Shown one piece after another: positions 40,639 through 52,079 of a stretch of 64,000 nt of DNA. How positions within the stretch are numbered: position 1 is the first letter of the stretch; every line of letters starts with the position of its first letter. A program made the position numbers and the translations under genes. The notes beneath the pieces are model-generated. The model was not told the origin of the DNA. It was given only the letters and a program-made list of their open reading frames with translations, and made no database searches. This stretch comes from Candidatus Bathyarchaeota archaeon (GTDB taxonomy: Archaea; Thermoproteota; Bathyarchaeia; Bathyarchaeales; Bathycorpusculaceae): contig CAVRFW010000005.1 of assembly GCA_963720565.1 (NCBI GenBank), forward strand, positions 1 through 64,000. Reading direction: 5' to 3'.

Positions 40639-41410
40639 TTTCCTGCCGGTCCAGAAAATTCGGTATGCACCGCTTATCATGGATGGGGTCGAACTTTTCA
40701 AGTTCGGTCTTCTCCAAAGGCAAGACGTTCCTTGAGACTAAGCCGTTCAAGCTGTATGGCAACCTGATTAATCGCATCTCGCCCGCGGTTACCCACTCGT
40801 CGATTGCGAAACCCTTATTTTTTGCGGTTCTCGCAATCTCCAGCCTTTTTTTGTAATCAAACAGGTAGGCTTCTTTGTCGAAAACGTGGATGTGAAAGCC
40901 CCTGCCAGAATACGCGATTCGCATGCGCGAAAACTGGTTCTCAAGAAACTCATAAAGATGCAGGGCTTCTTCCTTAACCATTTCCAGTTCTAACTTGCAG
41001 AAACTCAAGCCTTGACCTCGCTTCATTTTGTCGGCAAGACTGCCGTGAACAGGGCAATTCACGTTTTCCGGATCAAGATCAAACGCTAGTTCTTGACCTA
41101 TCTTGCGAGCGCTATCATCATAGACGTTTCGGTCGTAGTACGCAGCCTCAGGTTCAAACTCGACTATCTGACCCCGCACGTCATCTAGGTCTTCGTACTC
41201 GTCAATTATTATCGTGGTCTCAGCGTCCTCTTGGTATTTCCTGGGGTATATTCGCGTGTGCCTGCCTATTATGACTGCAAACCTTACTTTGCCCATCACA
41301 TTACGAAACCACTCATCTACTTTCTTAACGCTAAATTCCTCACTGTAGAATTCTCTTCGTTCTTCAAGCGTTGCGTATCGCATACCCCTGGGTAATCTGT
41401 ATCTAGCCAT
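40625..41410 (-). CDS. PriS-like archaeo-eukaryotic primase
   Basis: ELAFDLD, YSGRGFHI and RLIRLPYSLN motifs. Confidence 0.8.
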   Translation of the reverse strand: MARYRLPRGMRYATLEERREFYSEEFSVKKVDEWFRNVMGKVRFAVIIGRHTRIYPRKYQEDAETTIIIDEYEDLDDVRGQIVEFEPEAAYYDRNVYDDSARKIGQELAFDLDPENVNCPVHGSLADKMKRGQGLSFCKLELEMVKEEALHLYEFLENQFSRMRIAYSGRGFHIHVFDKEAYLFDYKKRLEIARTAKNKGFAIDEWVTAGEMRLIRLPYSLNGLVSRNVLPLEKTELEKFDPIHDKRCIPNFLDRQETTSS

Positions 41411-41539
41411 GCAATTCCCTACTGATTACTCGAATTGTTAACCGAAATATCTTGCGGAAAACAACAGCGCTATGCTTGAAGCTTGAATTCAGAAACACTA
41501 ATATTTAGTTTCTCACGAAATATGGGTAGGTGAACTTTC

Positions 41540-41878
41540 TTGCCGATAGACCCTGATTTCCAGAAGAACCGACAGGTCGCCGGAGAACACAACGGACATA
41601 AAGTTTGGGGACCCCTGGAACCACCCACGAAGCAGGGCATACACGGAACCAATGTTGCTGTCGACTGGGACGTATGTACTGGAGATGGCGTGTGCATCGA
41701 CATATGCCCCGTATCTCTATATGATTGGGGAGAAGCTATTGGACACCCGCTCTCGGAGAAGAAATCGGATCCTGCCCGAGAAGTCGATTGCATACAATGC
41801 CTAGCCTGCGAATTACAATGCCCGACTCAGGCGATAAAAATAACTGCTCCAATAGAAAGTCGCGGTCGAGAACCGTAG
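41540..41878 (+). CDS. Zinc-containing (Zfx-type) ferredoxin
   Basis: IDPDFQKNRQVAGEHNGHKVWGP...GIHG N-extension; two Fe-S motifs. Confidence 0.85.
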   Translation: MPIDPDFQKNRQVAGEHNGHKVWGPLEPPTKQGIHGTNVAVDWDVCTGDGVCIDICPVSLYDWGEAIGHPLSEKKSDPAREVDCIQCLACELQCPTQAIKITAPIESRGREP

Positions 41879-41969
41879 ATCTTCACTATTTTTTCTAGTG
41901 ACTGCAGTATTTCATTAGAACTTAGTCGAGATTTAGAAAAGGAAGAAAAGAGAGGATGGTGTTCAAAAC

Positions 41970-42596
41970 TTACTGTTTTGTTTTGAGGATTGTGTTTGCG
42001 TTGTCCCAGTTGACGACGTTCCAGAAACCCTCGACGAATTTGGCGCGGTCATTCTTGTAGTCAACGTAGTATGCGTGCTCCCAAACATCTAGAACCAGCA
42101 GAAAGCGCAAAGCTGGGTAAACGTTAACATTGTGCTTCTCGATTTGCATAATTAAAGGCCGATCGATGCATGGGTGCATAGCAAGAGCAGCCCAGCCGGA
42201 GCCTTCAACGCTGGTAGCAGCCTGGGAAAACTCCTTCTTGAACCGTTCGTAACTTCCAAACTCTTTCATGAGTGCTTCTGCGATAAGTCCTTCGGGTTTT
42301 CCTCCGCCGCCTTTTCCCGGTGGTGCCATGCTATTCCAGAAAGTGGTGTGTAACATGTGGCCCCCTATGTGGAAAGACAGTTCCTTCAAGGTTGACTTGA
42401 CATCTATTTCTGCGTTCTCTTGTCTGGCTTTATCCAGTTTCGCAAAGATTGCGTTGGCACCGTTTACATATGCTAGATGATGTTTGTCATGATGAAGCGT
42501 CAACTGGAGCTCAGAAAGGTACGGTTCTAGAGCTTTGTAGTCGTAAGGCAATTTGGGCAAACTAAAAGTTTTTACAGCTTCCATTCTTATCACCAA
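41970..42596 (-). CDS. sod: Fe/Mn superoxide dismutase
   Basis: [14 protein letters not shown]. Confidence 0.95.
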   Translation of the reverse strand: MVIRMEAVKTFSLPKLPYDYKALEPYLSELQLTLHHDKHHLAYVNGANAIFAKLDKARQENAEIDVKSTLKELSFHIGGHMLHTTFWNSMAPPGKGGGGKPEGLIAEALMKEFGSYERFKKEFSQAATSVEGSGWAALAMHPCIDRPLIMQIEKHNVNVYPALRFLLVLDVWEHAYYVDYKNDRAKFVEGFWNVVNWDNANTILKTKQ

Positions 42597-42748
42597 AAAC
42601 TGAGAATTTCAAGAGGATTCAATATTAATATACCTTGCCGTTTGCTGTTTCACCATCCGTCTTTGGCTTTTCGTTAGTAACTGGCGAGAAAAAATCTTGA
42701 AGGGTAATCGTAACCTATAATGGAGAGCTTTGTAATTACAGTAGCCAG

Positions 42749-43261
42749 GTGAATAACACGACAAAAACTGATGAAAACTTGAAAGCCGCATTTGCAGGCG
42801 AATCACAAGCAAACAGGCGATACTTGGCTTTTGCTCAGAAGGCTGAAGAAGAAGGCTTCACTCAAGCCGCTAAGCTCTTCAGGGCAGCTGCAGAGGCAGA
42901 AACCATCCATGCGCTAAATCATGTAAGAATAACGGGACAGGTAAAATCAACCCTTGACAACCTAGGTGCAGCAGTTGCTGGCGAAACAGAGGAGTTCAAG
43001 AGCATGTACCCAGGATTCATAGACGTAGCTAAGAAAGAAGGAAACAAGCAGGCTGTTTGGAGCTTTGATGTTGCAAACAAAGTCGAAAAAGTGCACGCTG
43101 GTCTTTTCCAGAGGGCGATGGATGCACTAAAAACGCAGAAGCCAATTGAAAAGGTAGATTATTATGTCTGCGGTGTCTGCGGAAACACTGTAGAGGGTTC
43201 GCCACCAGACAAATGTCCGATTTGCGGCGCTCCAAAAGAGAAGTTCTACAAGCCATCCTAA
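42749..43261 (+). CDS. rbr: Rubrerythrin
   Basis: AFAGESQA; ETIH; C-terminal CGVC/CPIC. Confidence 0.92.
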   Translation: MNNTTKTDENLKAAFAGESQANRRYLAFAQKAEEEGFTQAAKLFRAAAEAETIHALNHVRITGQVKSTLDNLGAAVAGETEEFKSMYPGFIDVAKKEGNKQAVWSFDVANKVEKVHAGLFQRAMDALKTQKPIEKVDYYVCGVCGNTVEGSPPDKCPICGAPKEKFYKPS

Positions 43262-43356
43262 CGGATGCAACATCACCATTTTTTCTCTCTCCAAGAAAAA
43301 TGGCTGCTCATTTTACGATCTAACAAAGATTATATTGCCTAACATGAAAGCTTAGA

Positions 43357-43587
43357 TTGGTGATTTTAATGGGTTGTTGGAAATGGTTTAACGGAGTTTT
43401 GAAAGAAGCCAATTTGGAAGCCACAGACAAGAACAAAGAAAAAATTGACGCTGTCATCCACAAGTACATAGGAGAACAGTCAAATCTAGGCCGCTGCTCA
43501 GCTGACTGGAAGAAAGCCCGCAAAGAAATTCAGGAAAACCCTGAGATGAAAAAGGAGCTCATATCTAAGCTCAAAACGCTCGTCTAA
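43357..43587 (+). CDS. Small hypothetical protein
   Basis: ORF with plausible composition. Confidence 0.5.
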   Translation: MVILMGCWKWFNGVLKEANLEATDKNKEKIDAVIHKYIGEQSNLGRCSADWKKARKEIQENPEMKKELISKLKTLV

Positions 43588-43765
43588 AGCAGCCTTCCCG
43601 GGCAACCAACTTCCCCCTATTTCCTTTTCAGCTGAATACCCCAAAAAGCATGTACAGTAGTTTAACCTAATTCTAAAAAAATGGCTCAAAAGAAAAAACA
43701 AAAAAAGAAAAGAAGTGGCTTACGACATGCCCGCTTCTCTGTAAAAAAAGCGCTGAATGCGCATA

Positions 43766-44950
43766 TTAAGTTTTTATTTTGGCAGCGACTTGTTGTCCGA
43801 ACTCGAAGCATTTTTTCAGGTCTTCTTGGTCAGGAATGTATTTTATTTCGATTCCTGGTTCTAAGGTTTGGAAGCCAACTTTCTTGACGGTTTCAGTCAT
43901 GTTTCTAACTGCGCCTCCACCCCACCCGTAGGATCCGAAGAAGGCCCACAGCTTGTCTTTTGGTCTTAATCCCGTGGCGTACGTTAAGAATTGACCAATC
44001 GTGGGGAACATTTGGTTATTAAGTGTCGGCGAACCCACTACCACTGCTTTTGCGTCTAGTATTTCTGTCATGGCTTCAGTGCTGTCTGAAGAGCGCAGTT
44101 TGAGCATTTTGACGTCTACGCCTTGGCTTGTTACTCCTTCAGCTATGGCGCGCGCCATCTTGTCAGTGCTGCCCCACATGGTGTCAAAAACTATGACCAC
44201 TTTGTTCTGGGATTTGCCACTGCTCCATTCCAGGTAGGCGTTGATTATTTTTGACGGGTTAGAACGCCAGATTATTCCGTGGCTTGGCGCAATCATGTCG
44301 ATGGGTATTCCGAGTTGAACTACTTCCTGGATTTTGCGGGTTATCATACCGCCTAAGAGCATTAGTATATTGGCATAGTAGGTTTTGGCTTCCTCCATCA
44401 AGACGTGTTCGTCAACTTCGTCGTCGAATCGTTGCGGAGTGGCAAGATGCTGTCCGAACGCGTCGTTGGGCATTAGGATTTTGTCTTCCACGATGTATGT
44501 GAACATGCTGTCAGGCCAATGCAGCATCGGCGCTTCGAGGAATTTCAGTGTCCTTTTTCCTAGTTTCAATTCGTCGCCTGACTTGACGGTTTGAATATTG
44601 AAGTCGGGACCGTAATGCTCGATTATGGCGTCTTTTCCTTTCTGAGATGCGATGATTGTCGCGTTCTTAGCGTATTTTGCGACTATGGGCAGGCTGCTTG
44701 AATGGTCCATCTCCACGTGGTTGATTATGATGTAGTCTATTTTTTCAGGGTCAACTAGTTCGCTCACTTTCTGCATGAGTTCACTGGAAAACGCCTGTTT
44801 AACGGTGTCGACAAGGGCGGTTTTCTCGTCTTTGATTAGGTACGCGTTGTAAGTGCTGCCTCTGCGGGTTGTGTAACCGTGAAAGTCACGTATGTTCCAG
44901 TCGACTACTCCAACCCAGTTTATGTTTTCTGCTAGTGTAATTTTGTTCAT
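43766..44950 (-). CDS. fprA: Flavodiiron protein
   Basis: HVEMDHS, HWPD and APSHG; flavodoxin domain. Confidence 0.92.
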   Translation of the reverse strand: MNKITLAENINWVGVVDWNIRDFHGYTTRRGSTYNAYLIKDEKTALVDTVKQAFSSELMQKVSELVDPEKIDYIIINHVEMDHSSSLPIVAKYAKNATIIASQKGKDAIIEHYGPDFNIQTVKSGDELKLGKRTLKFLEAPMLHWPDSMFTYIVEDKILMPNDAFGQHLATPQRFDDEVDEHVLMEEAKTYYANILMLLGGMITRKIQEVVQLGIPIDMIAPSHGIIWRSNPSKIINAYLEWSSGKSQNKVVIVFDTMWGSTDKMARAIAEGVTSQGVDVKMLKLRSSDSTEAMTEILDAKAVVVGSPTLNNQMFPTIGQFLTYATGLRPKDKLWAFFGSYGWGGGAVRNMTETVKKVGFQTLEPGIEIKYIPDQEDLKKCFEFGQQVAAKIKT

Positions 44951-44971
44951 GTTTTTTCACTCGCTCACCAA

Positions 44972-45391
44972 TTATTCTCTTTGGGTGTGTAATTTATACG
45001 TTATTTTGACGCCGGCTCTCTCGAATAGTATTCCAACGGGGCAATTTTTGAGAGTCACGTCATGTAGCCTTTGGACCTTATCGTCTGGCGCGTCAATTCT
45101 GAAGAGTATGTCAAAAGCTTCCTCAGTTATCGTGCCTACTTCTGCGTTTTTTGCAGCTTCGAGTTTGACCTCGCAACCTTTCAGCTGAAGACGCATTTTC
45201 TTTGCCGTTAATGCGGCGATGGTGGCGTAGCAGCCTGCGTGACTCATAACGCAGAGTTCAAGCGGGGTTGGTCCAAGACCTGGGGAAGTTTCAGTAGGCT
45301 GATCTGCCACGGAACATTGTGACCTACCATTATCCAGAATTAGCTCATATCCTTGGATTATTCGGGCTCTCGCATTAATTTTGCCAGTCAA
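44972..45391 (-). CDS. OsmC family protein
   Basis: GPTPLEL....AGC; NCPV. Confidence 0.8.
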   Translation of the reverse strand: MTGKINARARIIQGYELILDNGRSQCSVADQPTETSPGLGPTPLELCVMSHAGCYATIAALTAKKMRLQLKGCEVKLEAAKNAEVGTITEEAFDILFRIDAPDDKVQRLHDVTLKNCPVGILFERAGVKITYKLHTQRE

Positions 45392-45588
45392 GTTTTCATC
45401 TCCAATTTTTCCTATACTCCTATTTATCCAAAGTTCAACAGCGAGTCTCAACCATGAAATTGTTAATATTACTTTCGTCCTCGAATCGAGTTACTCTGAA
45501 TGGATGTGCAGACGTCGCAAAGATAATATTTGAGGGCATTTAGATTACTAAAGGAGCAACGTGCTGTTAGCGATTTGTCAGTTAGAGG

Positions 45589-46242
45589 TTGATGCTATTG
45601 AGTCTATTACCTGATGATAAGAAAGAAGTACTCAGAAACGAGCTGAAAGAGAAAATGGTCGATCCAGTCAGCATTATAATGTTCACTCAGGAAGTTGAGT
45701 GCCGGTTCTGTTCTGACACGCGACAGTTGGTTCAGGAATTTCAGACTTTAAGCGACAAAATCAAGGTTGAAGTTTACGATTTCATGGCTGACGGTGACAA
45801 AGCCAAACAATATGGGATTGAAAAGATTCCGGCTTTGGCAATTGTCGGCAAGAAGGATTATGGTGTGAGAATTTACGGGATTCCTTATGGATACGAGCTG
45901 CAGACACTGGTCGAAGCAATCGTTAACGTGTCAAAGGGAACAACTGACCTCTCGGAAAAAACTAAAAGCATATTAGCCGATGTAAAAGCACCCGTGCACA
46001 TACAGGTTTTCGTCACTTTGACTTGCCCTCATTGTCCCACAGCGGCAGCTGTGGCGCATAAACTGGCTATTGAAAGTGACTTCGTTAAAGCTGACGTAAT
46101 TGACAGCAGCGAGTTCCCGCAACTTGCTCAGAAATACTCCGTAATGGGCGTGCCTAAAATAGTGATTAACGAGAAAGTGGAGTTTGTTGGAGCGTTCAGC
46201 GAGGATTTATTCGCTGAGCACGTGTTACTCGGGGCAATCTAA
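45589..46242 (+). CDS. Protein disulfide oxidoreductase (two thioredoxin folds)
   Basis: CRFC and CPHC; GIPYGYE. Confidence 0.9.
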   Translation: MMLLSLLPDDKKEVLRNELKEKMVDPVSIIMFTQEVECRFCSDTRQLVQEFQTLSDKIKVEVYDFMADGDKAKQYGIEKIPALAIVGKKDYGVRIYGIPYGYELQTLVEAIVNVSKGTTDLSEKTKSILADVKAPVHIQVFVTLTCPHCPTAAAVAHKLAIESDFVKADVIDSSEFPQLAQKYSVMGVPKIVINEKVEFVGAFSEDLFAEHVLLGAI

Positions 46243-46419
46243 CTGCGTCAATAATGATAAAAGCGTTCTTCATTCTGACGCTTGAGGTGCGACGCGGTTG
46301 CTGGAAACCTCTGCCACATAAACGGAGAACAAGTTTTTCAACCATCTGAAAATTGATGCACAAAAAAGTAGAGGAAGAAAAGTGGAGCTCAAGAAACGGA
46401 GTAGTCTATTTTCTGCGGT

Positions 46420-46611
46420 TTAGCATTTGTCGCAACCGCATCCGCATTGTGAATGTCCTTTCGACGAGTCGCTGACGAATTTTGTCGGACTCTTATCGAA
46501 GGTTGCCTTGCAGGATGGTGCGCAGAAATAGTAGGTTTTGCCTTTGTACTCTGTTTTGTGCTTTGCTGTTTTTTCGTCCACTTTCATTTTGCAAACTGGA
46601 TCTATAGCCAT
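46420..46611 (-). CDS. YHS/TRASH metal-binding protein
   Basis: DPVCKM...YYFCAPSC. Confidence 0.88.
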   Translation of the reverse strand: MAIDPVCKMKVDEKTAKHKTEYKGKTYYFCAPSCKATFDKSPTKFVSDSSKGHSQCGCGCDKC

Positions 46612-46641
46612 TTGTTTTTCACCTCCATGTGAAACGCTGTT

Positions 46642-48757
46642 TTAACCGTTAAACTTTTCGAATTTAAATTTCGCCAGCTTAAGCAATGCGGAATTGCTGA
46701 CTACTGTTAGGCTGCTTATCGCCATTGCTCCTGCGGCGTAGATTGGGTTTAACAATCCTGCTGCGGCGATTGGAATCATTACCGTGTTGTACGCAAATGC
46801 CCAGAATAGGTTTGTGTTGATTTTCGTCATGGTTTTCTTGCTGAGTTCTACTCCGAGCGCTACGTCTCGCAGATCGTCTTTGATGAGCACGATTCCACCT
46901 GTTTCTTTGGCAATGTCTGTTCCGCTGCCTATGGCGATGCCGACGTCTGCCTGCGCCAATGCTGGAGCATCGTTTATGCCGTCGCCGACCATAGCCACCA
47001 CTTTGCCTTCGCCCTGCAATCTCTTGATAGAATCCACCTTCTGCCAAGGCAAAACGTTAGCTATGACGTTATCAATGCCTAATTTTGCGGCTATGGATTT
47101 GGCTGTTTTCTCGTTGTCACCGGTTAGCATAACCACTTCCATGTTCATGCTTTTCAACGCTTGAACCGCTTCCTGAGCGCTTTCTTTTGGCGTATCCATG
47201 GCAGCGATTGCGCCTGCAACTTGGCCGTCTACGGTCAGAATCATGGTTGTTTTTCCTTCACTTTCCAACTTGTCGACGTCCGCTTCCACGTGTGCTGTTG
47301 AAATGTTTTCTTCCTGGAAGAGCTTACGGTTTCCAAGGAGGACTTTCCTGCCGTTCACGATGCATTTTATGCCTCGCCCGGGTAACGCTTCGAAAGCTTC
47401 TGCGTCTACCAGTTTCGCTTCTATTTCCCGAGCTTTCCTGACAATTGCCTCAGCAAGCGGATGCTCTGAGGCTTTTTCAGCCGATCCAGCATATACCAAC
47501 ACGTCTTTCGCGGTGAACGCGCCGTATGTTTTAACGTCGGTTACTGATGGTTCGCCTTTGGTGAGGGTTCCCGTCTTGTCGAAGACCACTGTGTCGAGTT
47601 TTCTGGATTTTTCGATGTATTCACCGCTTCGGAGGAGCACTCCGTATTCAGCGCCTTTGCCCACGCCCGCCAGTATAGCAGTGGGTGTGGCGATGCCCAA
47701 CGCGCACGGACAGGCTATCAGCAACACTGCAAGCAAGGTTAGAAAAGCTGTTGAAAAGCCGGCTGTGAAGTACCAGTAGGTGAAGGAGATTGCGGCTACG
47801 GCGAATACTATTGGAACGAATCTGGCTACGACTTTGTCGGCGAACTTTTGAGCGGGAGCGCTTGAGGCTTGGGCTTCTTCCACGAGGTGTACGATTTGTG
47901 CGAGGGCGGTCTCTTCGCCTACTTTTGTGGCTTTGAATTGTATTGTGCCTGTTTTGTTTATGGTTGCGCCAATTACTTCACTGCCTATGTTTTTCTCTAC
48001 AGGTATGCTTTCCCCGGTGAGGAGTTTTTCGTCGACCGAGGAGTACCCTGCGATGACAACGCCGTCTGTGGGAATCTTTTCGCCCGGCTTTACAATTACA
48101 ATATCATCGACCTGCAGATCATCTATGGATATTTCAGTTTCTTTTCCATCGCGGATTACTATTGCCATTGTCGGTCTGAGTTCAAGGAGTTTCCTTATGG
48201 AAGCGGCTGATCTTCTGCGGATGAGTTCTTCGACATATTTGCCCAGCAATACGAAGGCTAGAATGCCTATCGAGATTTCGAGGTATGCTATTCCATCGTT
48301 TGCGATGGCGGCTAACGCCGGTATGAACGTGGTGACTGCTCCGTATAACCAGCCTGCTATGACGCCAGCTGGCGACCAGTACGTCCATGTTTATCTTACG
48401 GTTTCTAAGTGAGAAGTAAGCGCCTTTGATTATGCTGAATCCAGCGATCCACACGATGGGGGTGGAGACTATGAATATTGCTAGCCCATAGACTGATAAT
48501 CCACCGATGATTTCAAGAGTCATTATGGCTGCGACAAGCCCGAAGGTTGCAACTACGCGCAGTCCTAGTGCCGCTACTACCCCGATTAAGGTGAGTGAGA
48601 CTCTGCGTCTCATTGCTTTGAGTTCGCGTTCGGGTGCAGTGTACACGTCTGCGCATGATTGGCTGCAGAAGTAGTATGTCCGGTCGCCTATCTTGCGTTT
48701 GATGGCGGTTTCTGTGTCAACCATCATTCCGCACACGGGATCTCTTGCTGTTGCCAT
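46642..48757 (-). CDS. copA: Cu-transporting P1B ATPase with N-terminal YHS (frameshift near 48375)
   Basis: CPC, DKTGT, SEHP, GDGIND and YN motifs. Confidence 0.9.
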
Positions 48758-48911
48758 AGTTGTTCTAAGCTCCAAAATTGTGATGTAAAGAATTGTCTCG
48801 GCAAAGCTTATAAATATATCTGTAGAAGATATATCTTTCCACACGTATCAAAGTCTAAAATCTAAGAAGCAAACCCACCTAAGCACAAGGAATACGATGA
48901 AGAACCAGCCA

Positions 48912-49187
48912 TTATGCTAGACGCTTAATAATGTGGCAACCAAATTTCGTCTTAACCACAGCCGAAACATCACCCTTGTTCAACGCAAAGGCAGCGTTCT
49001 CAAACTCCTTCACCATCTTCCCCCGCGTGAACGTTCCAAGATCTCCGCCACGTTTCCCAGACGGACAAAGCGAAACATCCTGGGCGATGGCACCGAATTT
49101 CTCACCCTTCTTTAACCTCTCCAACACGGCTTTGGCTTCAGTCTCAGATTTGACTAGTATATGGGCACAGTGTACTTTGTCCGCCAT
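48912..49187 (-). CDS. ppiC: Parvulin-type PPIase
   Basis: HILV; GGDLG; MVKEFE; FGCHII. Confidence 0.9.
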   Translation of the reverse strand: MADKVHCAHILVKSETEAKAVLERLKKGEKFGAIAQDVSLCPSGKRGGDLGTFTRGKMVKEFENAAFALNKGDVSAVVKTKFGCHIIKRLA

Positions 49188-49336
49188 AGCTATCTTTATG
49201 TTGCATTTCAACTAATAACTCTTCCTTGCCAATTTCTCAGAGTCCTTTTCGAGCACACACAATTTCCAAAACAAAGGCGTAACGCTAACTGGAAGCTGCA
49301 ATATATTTAAACGAAGCAAGGCGCTATGGGTTTTTC

Positions 49337-49735
49337 ATGCACGAATGGGCTTTAGCCGAGGCCGTAATCGCAACAGCACAACAGATCGCTGAAAAAGAAA
49401 AGCTGAAAGAAGTCAAAGAAGTAACCATAAAGGTCGGAGAGTTGCAGCAGGTTGAGAAAGACATACTTCTTTTCGCGCTCTCACAACTTAAGCCACCAAG
49501 CTTTAAAAACGCCAAATTCCGCATAACCAGAGCGAAAAGCAAGCTTAAATGCCGAGCCTGCGAAACCACTTGGCTTTTCAGCAAGCAAAAGCTAGACAAG
49601 GAGACCGTAGAGGCTATTCACTTCGTTCCCGAAGTGGCACACACGTATATCAAATGTCAGAAATGCGGCAGTCCCGACTTTGAAATTATCGAGGGACGTG
49701 GCATCTGGCTACAGAACATAAAGGGAATACGATAG
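49337..49735 (+). CDS. hypA: Hydrogenase nickel chaperone HypA
   Basis: MHE start; two CxxC. Confidence 0.92.
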   Translation: MHEWALAEAVIATAQQIAEKEKLKEVKEVTIKVGELQQVEKDILLFALSQLKPPSFKNAKFRITRAKSKLKCRACETTWLFSKQKLDKETVEAIHFVPEVAHTYIKCQKCGSPDFEIIEGRGIWLQNIKGIR

Positions 49736-49737
49736 AC

Positions 49738-50464
49738 ATGGTTGATCCTCGGATATCTGTGATAGACGAGAGGCTTAGACAGGTAAGCAGAATAATCGCT
49801 GTTTCAAGTGGAAAAGGGGGAGTCGGCAAGAGCATGGTGGCAACCACTCTTGCGTTGACGCTGGCTCAAAGCTGCAAAGTGGGCCTTTTCGATTTGGATT
49901 TCACAAGCCCGTCCACTCATCTAATTCTGGGGGTAAAGAAAGCGCTGCCGAAAGAGGACAAGGGAATAATTCCCCCCGAGGTCAAGGGCTTAGTTTACAT
50001 GTCTCTCATTTATTATTCCAAGGATCAGGCAGTTCCGTTGCGTGGGGCAGATGTCTCGAACGCATTAATCGAGTTGCTCGCCGTCACCCAGTGGGGTAAA
50101 TTAGATTTTCTGATAATTGACATGCCACCAGGCATTGGGGACGCAGTGCTGGATCTCTTGAGGCTGGTTAAACGCGTAGAATTCCTAATCGTCACAACGC
50201 CTTCGCTGCCTAGCTTTTGAAACTGTGAAGAAGCAGGCGACTTTACTGAGGGAGTTGAAGTTTCCAATAATCGGCGTTCTTGAAAACATGAAAATGAACA
50301 ATTCAGACAGCATCCAACTGGAAACTGGAAAACTCGGTTTGAATTTCCTCGCAGAAATCCCTTACGACCCAAAAGTTGAAGAAGCAATTGGAAACAAGAA
50401 CAAGCTTCTTGAAACCATGATTGCAGAGAAAATCAGAGAAATACTTCAAGTCAAAGCTCTATAG
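49738..50464 (+). CDS. Mrp/NBP35 ATPase (frameshift near 50215)
   Basis: SGKGGVGKS; DMPPG; GVLENM. Confidence 0.85.
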
Positions 50465-50592
50465 CGCGCATTTTTTGACTTACGAATCCAAACTGACTAA
50501 TGTTACTTATCGTAGATTCATAAGTTGCCCTATTATTTTGAATTCATAAGCGTCTTAAGCACGTTTGGTTCTACAGCTATCTCGGTGGAAAA

Positions 50593-50811
50593 TTGGGTCT
50601 GCGTCGCCGAGCCTTGACTATTCTATTTCTTCCCATCGTAGTTCTCGTTTTCATGGTTGGTTGGATCTTTTATTACATGGGAAAACAACAGGATAGAGGC
50701 ATCGAAGCACAGCGAAAAAGCAGTGTACAGCAAGGCACAGGCATCAACGAAGAAGACTATGTTGAAGTTGGGTTAATAGAAGACCTCATGGAGAAAACAG
50801 TCCAAAACTGA
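50593..50811 (+). CDS. Small membrane protein
   Basis: single TM. Confidence 0.5.
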   Translation: MGLRRRALTILFLPIVVLVFMVGWIFYYMGKQQDRGIEAQRKSSVQQGTGINEEDYVEVGLIEDLMEKTVQN

Positions 50812-50990
50812 GAATCATAGTCAAATAGCAGCAGAAAACATCAAAAGCTAATTTAGAAACAACCATTTGCCATAGAAGCATTAGTGTTGATACCTTGTGA
50901 CAAAGGGTTAACTATCACGAAAACTCTTAAATGAGACCGAGAATTACTCAATCAAGAATTCGCGTATAGCGATCAACGAGATGAAGTTGA

Positions 50991-51965
50991 ATGGTTACCT
51001 CAATCGATAACAAGCTTGAAATTCTGAGTTACGATGAAGCAGAAAAGGTTTTCAACGTTAAGTCCCCCGCTGGGAACACTGTGAAAGTGCAAGATACTTT
51101 CGCCGAGATGTTTCCCTTGTGGGCTGGAAGAATTCTAATTACAGCGGAAAACGAAAGATGGGCGGAAATTGCTGCAAATGTGACTACGGGTTTTGCCACA
51201 AGCGTCATTATGGCGCCAGCGGAGGCGGCAATTGAAAGGTTTGTGCCGGCTTCTGAAACGCCTGATAATCGTCCGGGAGCACTTGTGCAAATCTATAATC
51301 GCGATCGTTTTGAATTGAAGCATCAACTTATGGAACGCATTGGGCAATGCATTATGACTTGCCCAACGACTACGGCATTCAATGGTTTGACAGGCAGAAG
51401 AGTGCTTAGAGTCGGCAGTAGTTTGCGTTATTTTGGCGATGGATTCCAGAAGAAAGCTTTGGTTAATGGGAGAAAATGCTGGAAAATTCCTGTCATGGAA
51501 GGTAACTTTCTGGTTGAAGACGGTTTTGGAGCCCAAGAAGCTGTAGCCGGCGGCAACTTCATGATATTTGCTGAGAACCAGCAGGCAGGCCTCAGAGCTG
51601 GAGAGGCAGCGGCAGACGCTATACGAAAGTACGCGCCAGACGTTATCATGCCGTTCCCGGGTGGAGTGTGCAGAGCAGGCAGCAAAGCCGGATCGTTGAA
51701 GTATAAGATGAAGGCTTCCACGAATCATCCGTACTGTCCTACATTGAGAACGCTTGTGCCTGATTCGGTGGTTCCCGAAAACGTTGAAAGCGTCTATGAG
51801 ATCGTTATGAACGGTTTGAGCTTGGACGCCGTTAAGAACGCTATGAAACAGGGTGTGACCGCAGCCGCAGGCTTTCCGGGCGTTGTGAAGATTTCATCCG
51901 GTAACTACGGTGGAAAACTCGGGCCTTTCAAGGCGTTCCTGAAAGAGGCGATTGGAGCACAGTAA
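50991..51965 (+). CDS. ftr: Formylmethanofuran:H4MPT formyltransferase
   Basis: DTFAEMF, RIGQCIMTCPTT and GNYGGKLG motifs. Confidence 0.93.
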   Translation: MVTSIDNKLEILSYDEAEKVFNVKSPAGNTVKVQDTFAEMFPLWAGRILITAENERWAEIAANVTTGFATSVIMAPAEAAIERFVPASETPDNRPGALVQIYNRDRFELKHQLMERIGQCIMTCPTTTAFNGLTGRRVLRVGSSLRYFGDGFQKKALVNGRKCWKIPVMEGNFLVEDGFGAQEAVAGGNFMIFAENQQAGLRAGEAAADAIRKYAPDVIMPFPGGVCRAGSKAGSLKYKMKASTNHPYCPTLRTLVPDSVVPENVESVYEIVMNGLSLDAVKNAMKQGVTAAAGFPGVVKISSGNYGGKLGPFKAFLKEAIGAQ

Positions 51966-52079
51966 CTGCTTTTTTGAAGTAGCATCTTTTGTCTTAACCT
52001 ACACAGCCTAAGTTATGATTTAAGGCAAATTCACGGTTAATACAATTGAGCACCGCGAAAGAGGCGTCCCTTGAGTTTT

